The position numbers and the translations under genes are program-made. The notes below the pieces were generated by a model. The model had not been told where the DNA came from, ran no database searches, and saw nothing but the letters and a program-made list of their open reading frames with translations. A stretch of DNA of 64,000 nt from the NCBI GenBank assembly GCA_965223795.1, contig CBDCXL010000002.1, positions 2,436,030 through 2,500,029 of the forward strand. Reading direction: 5' to 3'. This document shows, piece by piece, positions 38,621-46,919 of the stretch (positions are counted from its first letter, which is position 1; every line of letters begins with the position of its first letter). The stretch comes from Nitrospinales bacterium. GTDB lineage: Bacteria > Nitrospinota > Nitrospinia > Nitrospinales > VA-1.

Positions 38621-38759
38621 CTCCTGCGCGGAGGGCGAATTTGCTCACGCCGTGCGGCGTTTTCCGGCCTGAGCCACAGATTTTCCGCCGCATTGTCTCC
38701 TGCGCGGAGGGTGGGTTTGCTCACGCCGCTCCTCGCCGGAGTGGCGGTTTGCTCACGCC
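38621..38759. repeat. cluster of three copies of the dispersed repeat (CTCCTGCGCGGAGGG-N4-TTTGCTCACGCC)
   Basis: Copies lie at 38621-38651, 38697-38727 and 38729-38759. The last one is a variant (ctcctcgccggagtggcggtttgctcacgcc). The cluster sits in the intergenic region between divergent genes. Confidence 0.7.
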
Positions 38760-38935
38760 GGGCGGTGTTTTCTGATTGGCTCAAAATATTTTTGCCGCTT
38801 CGGCTTCTGCGTGGAGAGCCGGTCCTCCCGACACCGAAATTTAAATAAATTAATTGTAATTTTCTGATTGTATCGCATCGTTGCGGCGGGACAAGGGGTG
38901 CGCGTAAAAATTTTTTGTGAGCTTGGTCGGGTTTC

Positions 38936-39868
38936 ATGAAAACGCAAATAAAATCGGCGTATCTTGCAAGCGAGGGGTTTGAGGCGGCGCTGGTCCAGGA
39001 GCTTTCCGGCGGGGTGACGGTGCACGGGCGGCTGGTGCTCTCGGACCGCGCGGCGCAGCCGGTCTGCTGGGCGCAGAATGTGTGGCTGAATCCGGAAACG
39101 ATCGCCATCGACTCGATCTCCGACGCGGCGAAAAAGCTGAAGGCGCGGCAGCGCAACTGGTGCCTGTATTCGTATCAACTGCACCGGCGCGCGGCGCTGA
39201 TCGAAGAAAAACTGCCGCACGTTTCGGGAAAGGCGCTGCATTTTCCCGCGCCGCTGCCCGCCTCGCCGCTCGGGTCCTGGACGCTGCTGGACGCGGACAC
39301 GCTGCTGGCGGCGGGCGAGTGCTCCAGCCTGTTTCCCAACGGCGCGCTGCGTTTTGCCGAGGACAAGGATGGGCCGCCCAATCGGGCGTATCTAAAACTG
39401 TGGGAAGCGTGGACGCTGCTTCAGCGCCATCCGGAGCCGGGCGCTTTCTGCATCGACGCGGGCGCGAGCCCCGGCGGCTGGACCTGGGCCGCGGCGAAGC
39501 TGGGCGCGAACGTGCTGAGCGTGGACCGCGCGCCGCTGGATGCATCGCTATCCGGTCTCGACAACGTGACGTTTCGCAAGGGGGACGCGTTTGCGCTCAA
39601 GCCTGAGGATTTTTCCGGCCGGAACGTGGACTGGCTGTTGTGCGATGTGGTGTGCTACCCGGACAAGCTGTGGCAGTGGCTTGAGGCCTGGATCGCATCG
39701 GGGCTGTGCCGCAGCGTCGTGTGCACGATCAAGTTTCAGGGCGAAGGCGAATACGGGATCGTTGAGCGGTTTCAAAGTGTGCCGGGCAGCCGGGTGGTGC
39801 ATCTTTTTCACAACCGGCACGAACTGACGTTTCTGCTGCAGGAAGAGGGAATCACCCGTCCAGGGTGA
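38936..39868 (+). CDS. rlmM: RlmM-like 23S rRNA 2'-O-ribose (C2498) methyltransferase
   Basis: 310 aa. It reads PNRAYLKLWEAW, has the SAM motif CIDAGASPGGWT, then SVDRAPL and WLLCDVVCYPDK...VCTIKFQG, collinear with E. coli RlmM as I remember it. Confidence 0.78.
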   Translation: MKTQIKSAYLASEGFEAALVQELSGGVTVHGRLVLSDRAAQPVCWAQNVWLNPETIAIDSISDAAKKLKARQRNWCLYSYQLHRRAALIEEKLPHVSGKALHFPAPLPASPLGSWTLLDADTLLAAGECSSLFPNGALRFAEDKDGPPNRAYLKLWEAWTLLQRHPEPGAFCIDAGASPGGWTWAAAKLGANVLSVDRAPLDASLSGLDNVTFRKGDAFALKPEDFSGRNVDWLLCDVVCYPDKLWQWLEAWIASGLCRSVVCTIKFQGEGEYGIVERFQSVPGSRVVHLFHNRHELTFLLQEEGITRPG

Positions 39869-41126
39869 GGTCGGTCTTGGGCACGGAGATGCAGGTCAGG
39901 CAGGAGCGCGCTTCCGGCTTGCTGCCCGGTTCGACGACGTAGCTCACCAGGCCGCGCTTGATCGCGGTGAGGCAGGTGCCGCAGTTGCCGGCGCGGCAGC
40001 CGGACTCGAGCTGGATGCCGTTCTCCTCGGCGAAGGCGAGGATGGAGCCGGCGGCGGGGTTCCACTGCAGGGTTTTCTGGGAGCGGGCGAAGGTGACCTT
40101 GAGCGACGATTCGGTCGCGGGGTCGCCAGCTGTCAGTTTCTTGATGGTGACGGAGTTGAACGCTTCGTAGTGAATGTTTTTCTCGGACACCCCCCACTGC
40201 TCCAGATCCTGGCGCAGGGTCTCGATCATTTTCGGCGGCGCGCAGATGTAAAAGTCGAAATTGTTCGAGGGCAGCACCTCTTTCAACAGGCTGCCGGAAA
40301 TATGGCCTTCGTGATGGTAATCCTTCCCTTTCGCATCCTCGGCGCGCGGCCGGCTGTAACAGACGTTCAATTTTACATTGGGGTGGTTGCGGGCCACGTT
40401 TTCCAGGTGCTCTTTCATCATGTGCTCGGAACGGTTGCGCACTCCGAGAAAAAACCAGGTCTCTCTTTTGGACACGGCGCCGCGGGCGTCTTTTTCCGTG
40501 ATGGTGTTGAGCATGCTGAGCACCGGCGTGATGCCGACGCCGCCGCCGATGAGCACCACGGGACTGGTGCTGGCCATGTCGAGGTAGAAATGACCGCTGG
40601 GTGCCTTGACGTCGACGATGTCGCGTTCGTTGAGCATGTCGTGAAAGAAATTGGAGCCGAGCCCCGGCGGCGCGCTGTTGTTTTCGGGCGGCAGCAGGCG
40701 CTTGATGGTGACGCGGTAGTAATCCGGGTGGTTGGGGCTGTCCGACAGGGAATAGCAGCGGATCACCGGCTTCGGGTTGCCGGGAATGTTGAGTTTGAAG
40801 GTCAGGTACTGGCCGGGCTGAAACGGCGGCAGCGGTTTGCCGTCGTGCGGCGACAGGTAGAACGAGGAAACCTGATCGGTTTCCTTGACCTTGAGCACGA
40901 TCTGGAATTTGCGGAATCCGTTCCAGATCACGTTTTCGCTGCGCGAGTCCATGCGGATCCTGTCGACGATCTGGTCCACACGGGCGCGCAGCAGATCCGC
41001 TTCCAGTTCGCTGCTCCGCCGGGAAATTTTAAAGAAACGGAAATTGTTGCTGATCAGCTGGATGAGGTAGGCCATGAGGGCCAGAAGAAACGCGATAGCC
41101 GCAAGACTGATTGCAGCGTTGAGCAA
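39852..41126 (-). CDS. membrane-anchored FNR-like oxidoreductase (FAD-binding FR-type + NAD(P)-binding + C-terminal plant-type 2Fe-2S ferredoxin)
   Basis: 424 aa with an N-terminal helix (AISLAAIAFLLALMAYLI). It has RCYSLSD (RxYS FAD motif), LIGGGVGITPVLSML, and the C-terminal CRAGNCGTC...CLTC. It converges on rlmM with a 17-nt overlap. Confidence 0.9.
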   Translation of the reverse strand: MLNAAISLAAIAFLLALMAYLIQLISNNFRFFKISRRSSELEADLLRARVDQIVDRIRMDSRSENVIWNGFRKFQIVLKVKETDQVSSFYLSPHDGKPLPPFQPGQYLTFKLNIPGNPKPVIRCYSLSDSPNHPDYYRVTIKRLLPPENNSAPPGLGSNFFHDMLNERDIVDVKAPSGHFYLDMASTSPVVLIGGGVGITPVLSMLNTITEKDARGAVSKRETWFFLGVRNRSEHMMKEHLENVARNHPNVKLNVCYSRPRAEDAKGKDYHHEGHISGSLLKEVLPSNNFDFYICAPPKMIETLRQDLEQWGVSEKNIHYEAFNSVTIKKLTAGDPATESSLKVTFARSQKTLQWNPAAGSILAFAEENGIQLESGCRAGNCGTCLTAIKRGLVSYVVEPGSKPEARSCLTCISVPKTDLTLDG

Positions 41127-41205
41127 GGAGCCTCCTTAGAGAGTGTCGGACGCAATGTCACTATATTATAAACAAGGGCGTCGGAGATTCAGAACGAAAA
41201 AGTGA

Positions 41206-41733
41206 CTACGGGTCGTTGCGGGCCAGCAGCATTTCTTTTTTGAAGCCCGGTTTGTGGTGGTAAACGTGACACAGCTGACAGTCTTCTCTCACTTTTCCTT
41301 CCGAATGACATTCGAGGCAGGTTTTGCGTGTGATGGCGGAGAAGTTGCTTTTGAACACGGCCGGGTCGAACGAATCGAACGCGCCGAGGAAATCGGCCTT
41401 GGGATCGAGGACGTGGCAGTTCTTGCAGGTGTCGCCTTTGCCGAGCAGGTCGAGGTGGTTTTTATGGGAATATTTCAGGTAGGCGCGGTTGCGCGCGCCC
41501 TTGTAGCCCCAGTCGATGGTGAGCTGGCCGGGGTTTTCCGCGTCCGGTATGGCGGAAACCGCATGGCACTTGATGCAGCCGCCCACGCCTTCCTTTGAAG
41601 AGAGCATCAGGTCGCGCATCGCCTCGGCGCGTTCGCGCTTGTCGGGATCGGTCTCGGTGGCGGCGACGGTGAGCGCGAACTCGATCCAGCTTTGCGCCAC
41701 CGGGTCCTCATGGCCGGAGGGGGTGTAGCGCAC
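41206..41733 (-). CDS. multihaem cytochrome c, C-terminal part (4 CxxCH) of a frameshift-interrupted decahaem gene
   Basis: It contains CIKCH, CKNCH, CLECH and CQLCH. In this frame the reading frame stays open upstream to 41786 and reads SPAEASFGGWHADLLEVRYTPSG, joining the upstream ORF at the C5 run (plus-strand G-run 41776-41780). Confidence 0.85.
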   Translation of the reverse strand: MRYTPSGHEDPVAQSWIEFALTVAATETDPDKRERAEAMRDLMLSSKEGVGGCIKCHAVSAIPDAENPGQLTIDWGYKGARNRAYLKYSHKNHLDLLGKGDTCKNCHVLDPKADFLGAFDSFDPAVFKSNFSAITRKTCLECHSEGKVREDCQLCHVYHHKPGFKKEMLLARNDP

Positions 41734-43094
41734 TTCCAGAAGGTCCGCGTGCCAGCCGCCGAAACTGGCTTCCGCGGGGGATCGTATTCGACGTTGAGCC
41801 CCCAGGCGCAGGCCGCGCGTTTGAGTACTTCCGGGTTCAATCCCGCGAGCATTTTCTCGGCCACGGGTACGGGAGAATGCTCGTTGATCAGATCCGCGAT
41901 CGGCATCGTGCTTTCGACGGCGAGGTTGAGGATGAGGTCCTGCAGGCTTTCGCTGTAGCTTTCCGGATCGTCCTCGGGCACGTTCAAAAGATAGGCGCTG
42001 ATCAGGCTCGGCGATTCGGTGGAGATGCTGACGAATTCATCATCCTCTTCCTCAATCTTTTCGCCCCGGGTCCGCGGTAACCGGCAGGCTTCCTTCAGCT
42101 CTTCAACATCGATGCGGTTTCTGTCCAGTTCGGGCAGGCGCATGAGGACCAGCTCCTTGCGCGGAATCTGAAATTCGTGGCAGGAGGCGCAGACCCCTTC
42201 GAATTTGTCCGGGCTGACGATCTGCTCTTCCTGGGTCACTTTGTGGCAGACCATGCAGTCCTTGGGCGAGCGGTCTTCGAATTTGGGATCGACAAAGTAT
42301 TTATTCCAGTGCGAGATGTGGTCGAACTTGATCGTGTTCTTGCGGGTGTGCGGGTAGTTCTCCGGAAATTCCGGGTGCCCTTCGGTGAAGCTTTTGAACT
42401 GCTCTTCGTGACAGTGGTTGCACTGGGTGTTGTTGAAGGTGCGGATGGCCAGCCCGGGGCCGCGGTGCTCGCGGTGGCACATCAGGCAGTCGGTTTTCTG
42501 CAGCCGGGGAAACTGTCCGCGGTCGCCGTTGTGGGCGACGAGGGCCGGGCCGCCGAACAGGTGGCAGTCTTCGCATTTGGCGGAGATGTTGCCGGTGTGC
42601 AGCACCGATTTCAGCCACAGCACGGACTTGAGATTGTGGGTGGCGTGGCAGATTTCGCAGCCTTTGTTCTCGGCGAATTTGACGTGCGCGCTCGACATCG
42701 GGCCGGGATTGAAGCTCACGTGCCGGTGCTGCGCCTGGTCCACCACCCAGGAAAGGCAGAGCAAGGACACGATGGTGCCGAATGCGAGCAGGATCAGCCG
42801 GGCCCGGTAGACGCGCAGCGTGGCTTTGGGGACGCAGGGCGGGTGCCGCTGGGAGCACATCCCCTGGGGCAGCGGACCGTCGCCGCAGGGCCCGCCCGCC
42901 GCCTGGGGGCGGCTGCATTCCCAGTGGTTGCCTTTCAGCGTCGGCGCGCATTCGGCGGTGCCGCCGCAGGCGCCGTCGATGTCGGGGCCCTGATGGCAGG
43001 GTTTGAGCCAGAGCGCACCGCGGCCGCAGCGGTAGGGGAAATTCGGCCGTTCGTACTTGCTGCGGTTGTGCGCGAATTTTTTCTCATCCATCAT
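41607..43094 (-). CDS. multihaem cytochrome c, N-terminal part (6 CxxCH) with a Cys-rich cytoplasmic N-terminus and one TM helix; interrupted by a frameshift
   Basis: It contains CEICH, CEDCH, CLMCH, CNHCH, CMVCH and CASCH. The ATG at 43094 overlaps the upstream stop (ATGA). The last roughly 60 residues of the ORF (RKPVSAAGTRTFWKCATPPPAMRTRW...) look out of frame. Confidence 0.85.
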   Translation of the reverse strand: MMDEKKFAHNRSKYERPNFPYRCGRGALWLKPCHQGPDIDGACGGTAECAPTLKGNHWECSRPQAAGGPCGDGPLPQGMCSQRHPPCVPKATLRVYRARLILLAFGTIVSLLCLSWVVDQAQHRHVSFNPGPMSSAHVKFAENKGCEICHATHNLKSVLWLKSVLHTGNISAKCEDCHLFGGPALVAHNGDRGQFPRLQKTDCLMCHREHRGPGLAIRTFNNTQCNHCHEEQFKSFTEGHPEFPENYPHTRKNTIKFDHISHWNKYFVDPKFEDRSPKDCMVCHKVTQEEQIVSPDKFEGVCASCHEFQIPRKELVLMRLPELDRNRIDVEELKEACRLPRTRGEKIEEEDDEFVSISTESPSLISAYLLNVPEDDPESYSESLQDLILNLAVESTMPIADLINEHSPVPVAEKMLAGLNPEVLKRAACAWGLNVEYDPPRKPVSAAGTRTFWKCATPPPAMRTRWRKAGSSSRSPSPPPRPIPTSANAPRRCAT

Positions 43095-43894
43095 AACAGG
43101 TAGACGTGCACCACGACCATGTGCCACAGGATCACGGTCATGAGGGCGGTGGCCAGCGGAATGTGGATCATCAGCCAGCTTTTCAAAACCGTCTGCAGCG
43201 CGTAGTGCAGATCGATCTTGCGCTTAGTATCGGCCAGCGTGAACAGTTTTCTCAGGTAGCCGCGTTCCTGCACGTTGAGAAATTTTTCCAGGGTGGAAAA
43301 CTGCTGCCGCACCCAGAATTCGCCCTTGTGGCCGCCGAACAGGTAGCTGGTGAAAAACCGCGGCCGCTGGAAAAACCAGTGCAGCGATTCCAGGTAATGG
43401 GTCGCCAGGGTGTCGCGCCCGGTCTCGTGGGTGCAGGCGAGCAGTAGGTCCTTGGCCTTTTTACGCAGCTCGCTGATTTCCGCCGGGATGCGTTCGTAGA
43501 TGCACTCGAAGCCGCTCTGGGTCAGGCGGCTCGGGTAGATTTTCTGGATCAGGGTGCCGACGATGCCGGAGAGGGCGGAGGCGTAGAACAAGAACGCCAG
43601 GATCTGTTCGTACAATCCGTCGGGCCACAGCGTGCCGATGTGCAGCCAGAAAATGCCGATCGCCAGGAAGCCGCCCACGGTGTGGATGTTCAGCCAGTTC
43701 GAGGACGGCGAGAGCGGTAAAAACGGCAGCCGCTTGCGCAGATGAAACAGGGCCAGCACGATCAGGATGGAGAACAGGGTCCAGCCGGTGAGCGGCGAGG
43801 TGAACTCAAGCTGCTCATCCGCCTGGCTGGTGCGGTAGGTCATGAACACCAGAAATACGCTTGCGAAGATCCACAGGGCCCAGGATTTCACCAT
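43091..43894 (-). CDS. integral membrane protein with two His-x13-His helices (putative dihaem b-type electron-transfer subunit)
   Basis: ATG at 43894 (MVKSWALW...), AGGA upstream, 267 aa, about 5 TM helices. His71/His85 lie in NIHTVGGFLAIGIFWLHI and His244/His258 in MIHIPLATALMTVILWHM. Confidence 0.75.
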   Translation of the reverse strand: MVKSWALWIFASVFLVFMTYRTSQADEQLEFTSPLTGWTLFSILIVLALFHLRKRLPFLPLSPSSNWLNIHTVGGFLAIGIFWLHIGTLWPDGLYEQILAFLFYASALSGIVGTLIQKIYPSRLTQSGFECIYERIPAEISELRKKAKDLLLACTHETGRDTLATHYLESLHWFFQRPRFFTSYLFGGHKGEFWVRQQFSTLEKFLNVQERGYLRKLFTLADTKRKIDLHYALQTVLKSWLMIHIPLATALMTVILWHMVVVHVYLL

Positions 43895-43902
43895 CGAATG
43901 TC

Positions 43903-45618
43903 CTATCGGTCTATGCTTCCCTCGGGCCGCACGTGACGGAAATCGACCCGCTGCAGAGCTTCGTGAGAGCAGGCCTGCACGCAGGCGGGACCGGACAGTT
44001 GGCCGACGCAAAGATCGCACTTGGTCGCCTTGAGGATCGGCTTGCGCGTTTCGGCGTCGAGGATGGGTTTGCCTTTCTTGTCATTGATCTCCACCATGCG
44101 AATGTTCGAGTAGGGGCAGGAATTGGCGCAGGTCTCGCATCCGATGCAGGTGTCGTCGTTGATCACCACCGTCCCTTCGGAAAGGGTGCGGTGGATGGCT
44201 CCGGTGGGGCAGCCGATCAGGCAAACGGGATCGACACAATGCATGCAGGCGTTGGCCACCATCCAGCGGCCGAAGGTCTTGCCGTGCCGGATGAACCGGG
44301 GGTTGCCCTCATGCGCCGAGGCGCAGGCGTTGACGCAGTCGTCGCAGCGGACGCAGCGGTCCAGGTTGATCAGCATGGCCTGGGTGCCGTTGATGAACCG
44401 CTCCTGCACGGTCCATTCTACCAGAGCTTCGTCCGCCATGGTCTGTTTAAATAGATCGGTCATGCGCCTGTGGTTGCCGGTGGGCCTGTCGCTTGCGTGG
44501 CGGGTTCCGTGATGGATGGTCTCCCAATAGGGAAAGACGTATTTTTCCAGGATCTTCGCCGGGATCTGCAAAACATCTACGTAACCTAAAGCCGAGATCG
44601 ACACCTTGTAGGAGACATCCTTTTCCCCTTTCCAGGCGAGGTACAACTCATCGGCGCCGTAGAAATTGCCCATCCCCAGGTAGGTGAGGGTGTGGTCGCC
44701 GTCTTCCCGCTTGACCGAAACGCGGGCGAACCCGGCCCTGACCAGCAACAGGTCGTCGGGGTAATCGCCCTGCTTGGCGATCAGCGGCTCGTGCTGGATC
44801 CCCGCTTTGCCCATGTTGCGCAGGTTCTTGTAGGAAACCGTCCAGTCGTAGGTGCCGTAGGATTGGAAGCCGGTGTTCTGCGCCACATCGCGGAGCGCTT
44901 CTTCATCGAGATGCTCGAACAGCGAGATCTTGCGCAGAAAGGAAATGAGCGCGTTCTGGCTGTAGCGCTTTTCGATCATGCGGCGCCAGTTCTCGTCGTG
45001 TTTGCGCAGCTCGCGCAGTCCCTGCCAGCGGATTTCCAGCAGCTCGGAGTAGGTTTCGGAGAAGATCGTCGCGGTGCGCGGAATGCGCCCGAGCGCCGCC
45101 AGCTCGCCGAACAGATCGCCGGTTTCCAGGATCGCGGTCTTGTTGGCGTCGAGCACCGCGGGAATGTCCTGTAAAAACACGTGGCTTTGCGTCACGTCGC
45201 CGTTGGTGTGGATCGCCTGCTGGGTGTAGCGGGACGGGTCGCGCACTTCCGGGATCTTGCGGTTGGTGAACAGCTGCGACAGGGCTTCGAGCACGCTTTT
45301 GCGCGGCGTTTTCTTGCGGCCCAGAAGGTCGCTCGGCAGACCGGGAGACAGCACCACGCGCAGCCGGCCGTTGAGCGCGAGAAACGCGGAGTTGCCGTAG
45401 TCGCCCTCGCGGATCACGATGTCGCCGGGCTTGAATCGGACGATGCGGGTGTCGTTTTTGAGGATCCCCTCGAGCGGCGTGTCCGGCGGAAAGCGGTCCT
45501 TCTCGATCGCGGCGATCTCCGGAACCGCGAGCAGTTTCTGCACGTCGTATTCCGTCATTTCAGGACCGAAGGGGTTGTTCCACCGGTCCGGCTGTGAAAT
45601 TTGCGTGACGACTTCCAC
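43903..45618 (-). CDS. fusion protein: two cyclic-nucleotide-binding domains + four-cluster [4Fe-4S] ferredoxin (NrfC/DmsB/HybA-like)
   Basis: 571 aa with no signal peptide. The cNMP signature is GDLFGELAALGRIPRTATI, and there is a second beta-roll region. The Fe-S motifs are CVRCDDCVNAC, CMHCVDPVCLIGCP, CIGCETCANSCP and CDLCVGQLSGPACVQAC. Confidence 0.9.
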   Translation of the reverse strand: MEVVTQISQPDRWNNPFGPEMTEYDVQKLLAVPEIAAIEKDRFPPDTPLEGILKNDTRIVRFKPGDIVIREGDYGNSAFLALNGRLRVVLSPGLPSDLLGRKKTPRKSVLEALSQLFTNRKIPEVRDPSRYTQQAIHTNGDVTQSHVFLQDIPAVLDANKTAILETGDLFGELAALGRIPRTATIFSETYSELLEIRWQGLRELRKHDENWRRMIEKRYSQNALISFLRKISLFEHLDEEALRDVAQNTGFQSYGTYDWTVSYKNLRNMGKAGIQHEPLIAKQGDYPDDLLLVRAGFARVSVKREDGDHTLTYLGMGNFYGADELYLAWKGEKDVSYKVSISALGYVDVLQIPAKILEKYVFPYWETIHHGTRHASDRPTGNHRRMTDLFKQTMADEALVEWTVQERFINGTQAMLINLDRCVRCDDCVNACASAHEGNPRFIRHGKTFGRWMVANACMHCVDPVCLIGCPTGAIHRTLSEGTVVINDDTCIGCETCANSCPYSNIRMVEINDKKGKPILDAETRKPILKATKCDLCVGQLSGPACVQACSHEALQRVDFRHVRPEGSIDR

Positions 45619-45717
45619 GGTCGATGCCGCTCCTGTCAGTTTGGGTAACGATTCAATTTCTGCACCGTCTCAAGGCGCAGAACCACCCCACGCGCCTTGG
45701 CGCCTGTTTCGCTGCGG

Positions 45718-46701
45718 TTATTTGTAGTCGTCCTTTTTCGGCAGCAGCTTGCCCACCGCTTTGGACAAATCCTTGCCCTTGATGGCGGCCACCAGCTTGC
45801 GGGCGTTCTGATCGGTCGGTTTGGCGATCAGGGCCTGGGCCTCGGGTATGCCTTTCAGATGCGCCAGGGCGGCCTTGGCGTCCGCCACGCGCTTCTGCTG
45901 GGCCTGCACGTATTTTTCGTTGTCCGAGCGGGTCAGCACCGAGTTGGCCGACACCAGCTTGGCGGCCTGGCCGATGACGAAAAACTCGGCCAGCTCCTGG
46001 GGCGTCATCTCGGCGTTCACCTTCACGTTCGGCTCGTAGTAGCGGTGGCGCACCGTGCCCTGCGAGTACTTGACGATCTCGAAGTCCGGATTGATGGGAT
46101 GATCGGCCTCCAGCATCTTCGCCAGAAGCTCGGGCTTGAGATCGGGATTGGCCAGCCCGTGGCAGAACATGCAGTTGGCGGCGACGTCGTATTTCATGGT
46201 CGGCCAGATGAGACCGGCTTCGGTGGATTTTTTGATGCGCATCGCCTTGTGCTCGGGCGTCTCCTGATCTTTCTCCACATCTTTGCCGCCGTAATTGTCG
46301 TGAATCTCCAGGTAATCGGAGGAGGGCCCGTGGCAGCTTTCGCAGGACGTCCCCGATTTGGCCTTGGGTTTGTCACCGGCATCCTTCTGCACCATGGTGT
46401 AATGGCACAGGGTGCAGGTTTCGTTCTTCTTCATGTTTTTCGACCCGCCCACCGCCTTGAGGATCTTTTTCGGGGAGGGTTTCTTTTTTTCCTTGTTGTC
46501 CTTGGGTTCCCGGTGCGCGTCGCGGAAGGATTCGAAGTGCCGGGTTCCCTTCCAGACTTTGTATTCGGCTTCATGACATTCCGTGCAGACCTTCACCCCT
46601 TTGAAAAAGGGTTTGGCCGAAGCCGAAGACGCAAACAGGCAAACCAGAACAGAAAATAGCGCGATGAAAGAAAGTCGTGATGGACTCTTGATTGATTTCA
46701 T
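45718..46701 (-). CDS. periplasmic tetrahaem cytochrome c
   Basis: 327 aa with signal peptide ...VLVCLFASSASA. It contains CTECH, CTLCH, CESCH and CMFCH. The first motif context, CTECHEAEYKVWKGTRHF, is typical of cytochrome c554/NrfB-like multihaem proteins. Confidence 0.9.
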   Translation of the reverse strand: MKSIKSPSRLSFIALFSVLVCLFASSASAKPFFKGVKVCTECHEAEYKVWKGTRHFESFRDAHREPKDNKEKKKPSPKKILKAVGGSKNMKKNETCTLCHYTMVQKDAGDKPKAKSGTSCESCHGPSSDYLEIHDNYGGKDVEKDQETPEHKAMRIKKSTEAGLIWPTMKYDVAANCMFCHGLANPDLKPELLAKMLEADHPINPDFEIVKYSQGTVRHRYYEPNVKVNAEMTPQELAEFFVIGQAAKLVSANSVLTRSDNEKYVQAQQKRVADAKAALAHLKGIPEAQALIAKPTDQNARKLVAAIKGKDLSKAVGKLLPKKDDYK

Positions 46702-46919
46702 GATTTCAAGCGATTGAATTGAGCGTTTTTGCGAGTTTTGGGATCAGGATCGTCGTTTGCGGGCGGCCGCCGGGATTCCCCTATGTGCTGCCCAAATAGC
46801 GTTTTCGGTCATTCCGTACTCAAAGTTCCTAAAAAACCGCTGAAATGACAAGTGATTTTTCCAGAAATATAAGCAATTTCAGATTCGTATTTGTACTAAT
46901 TTTGACCCCAGACACAAGA

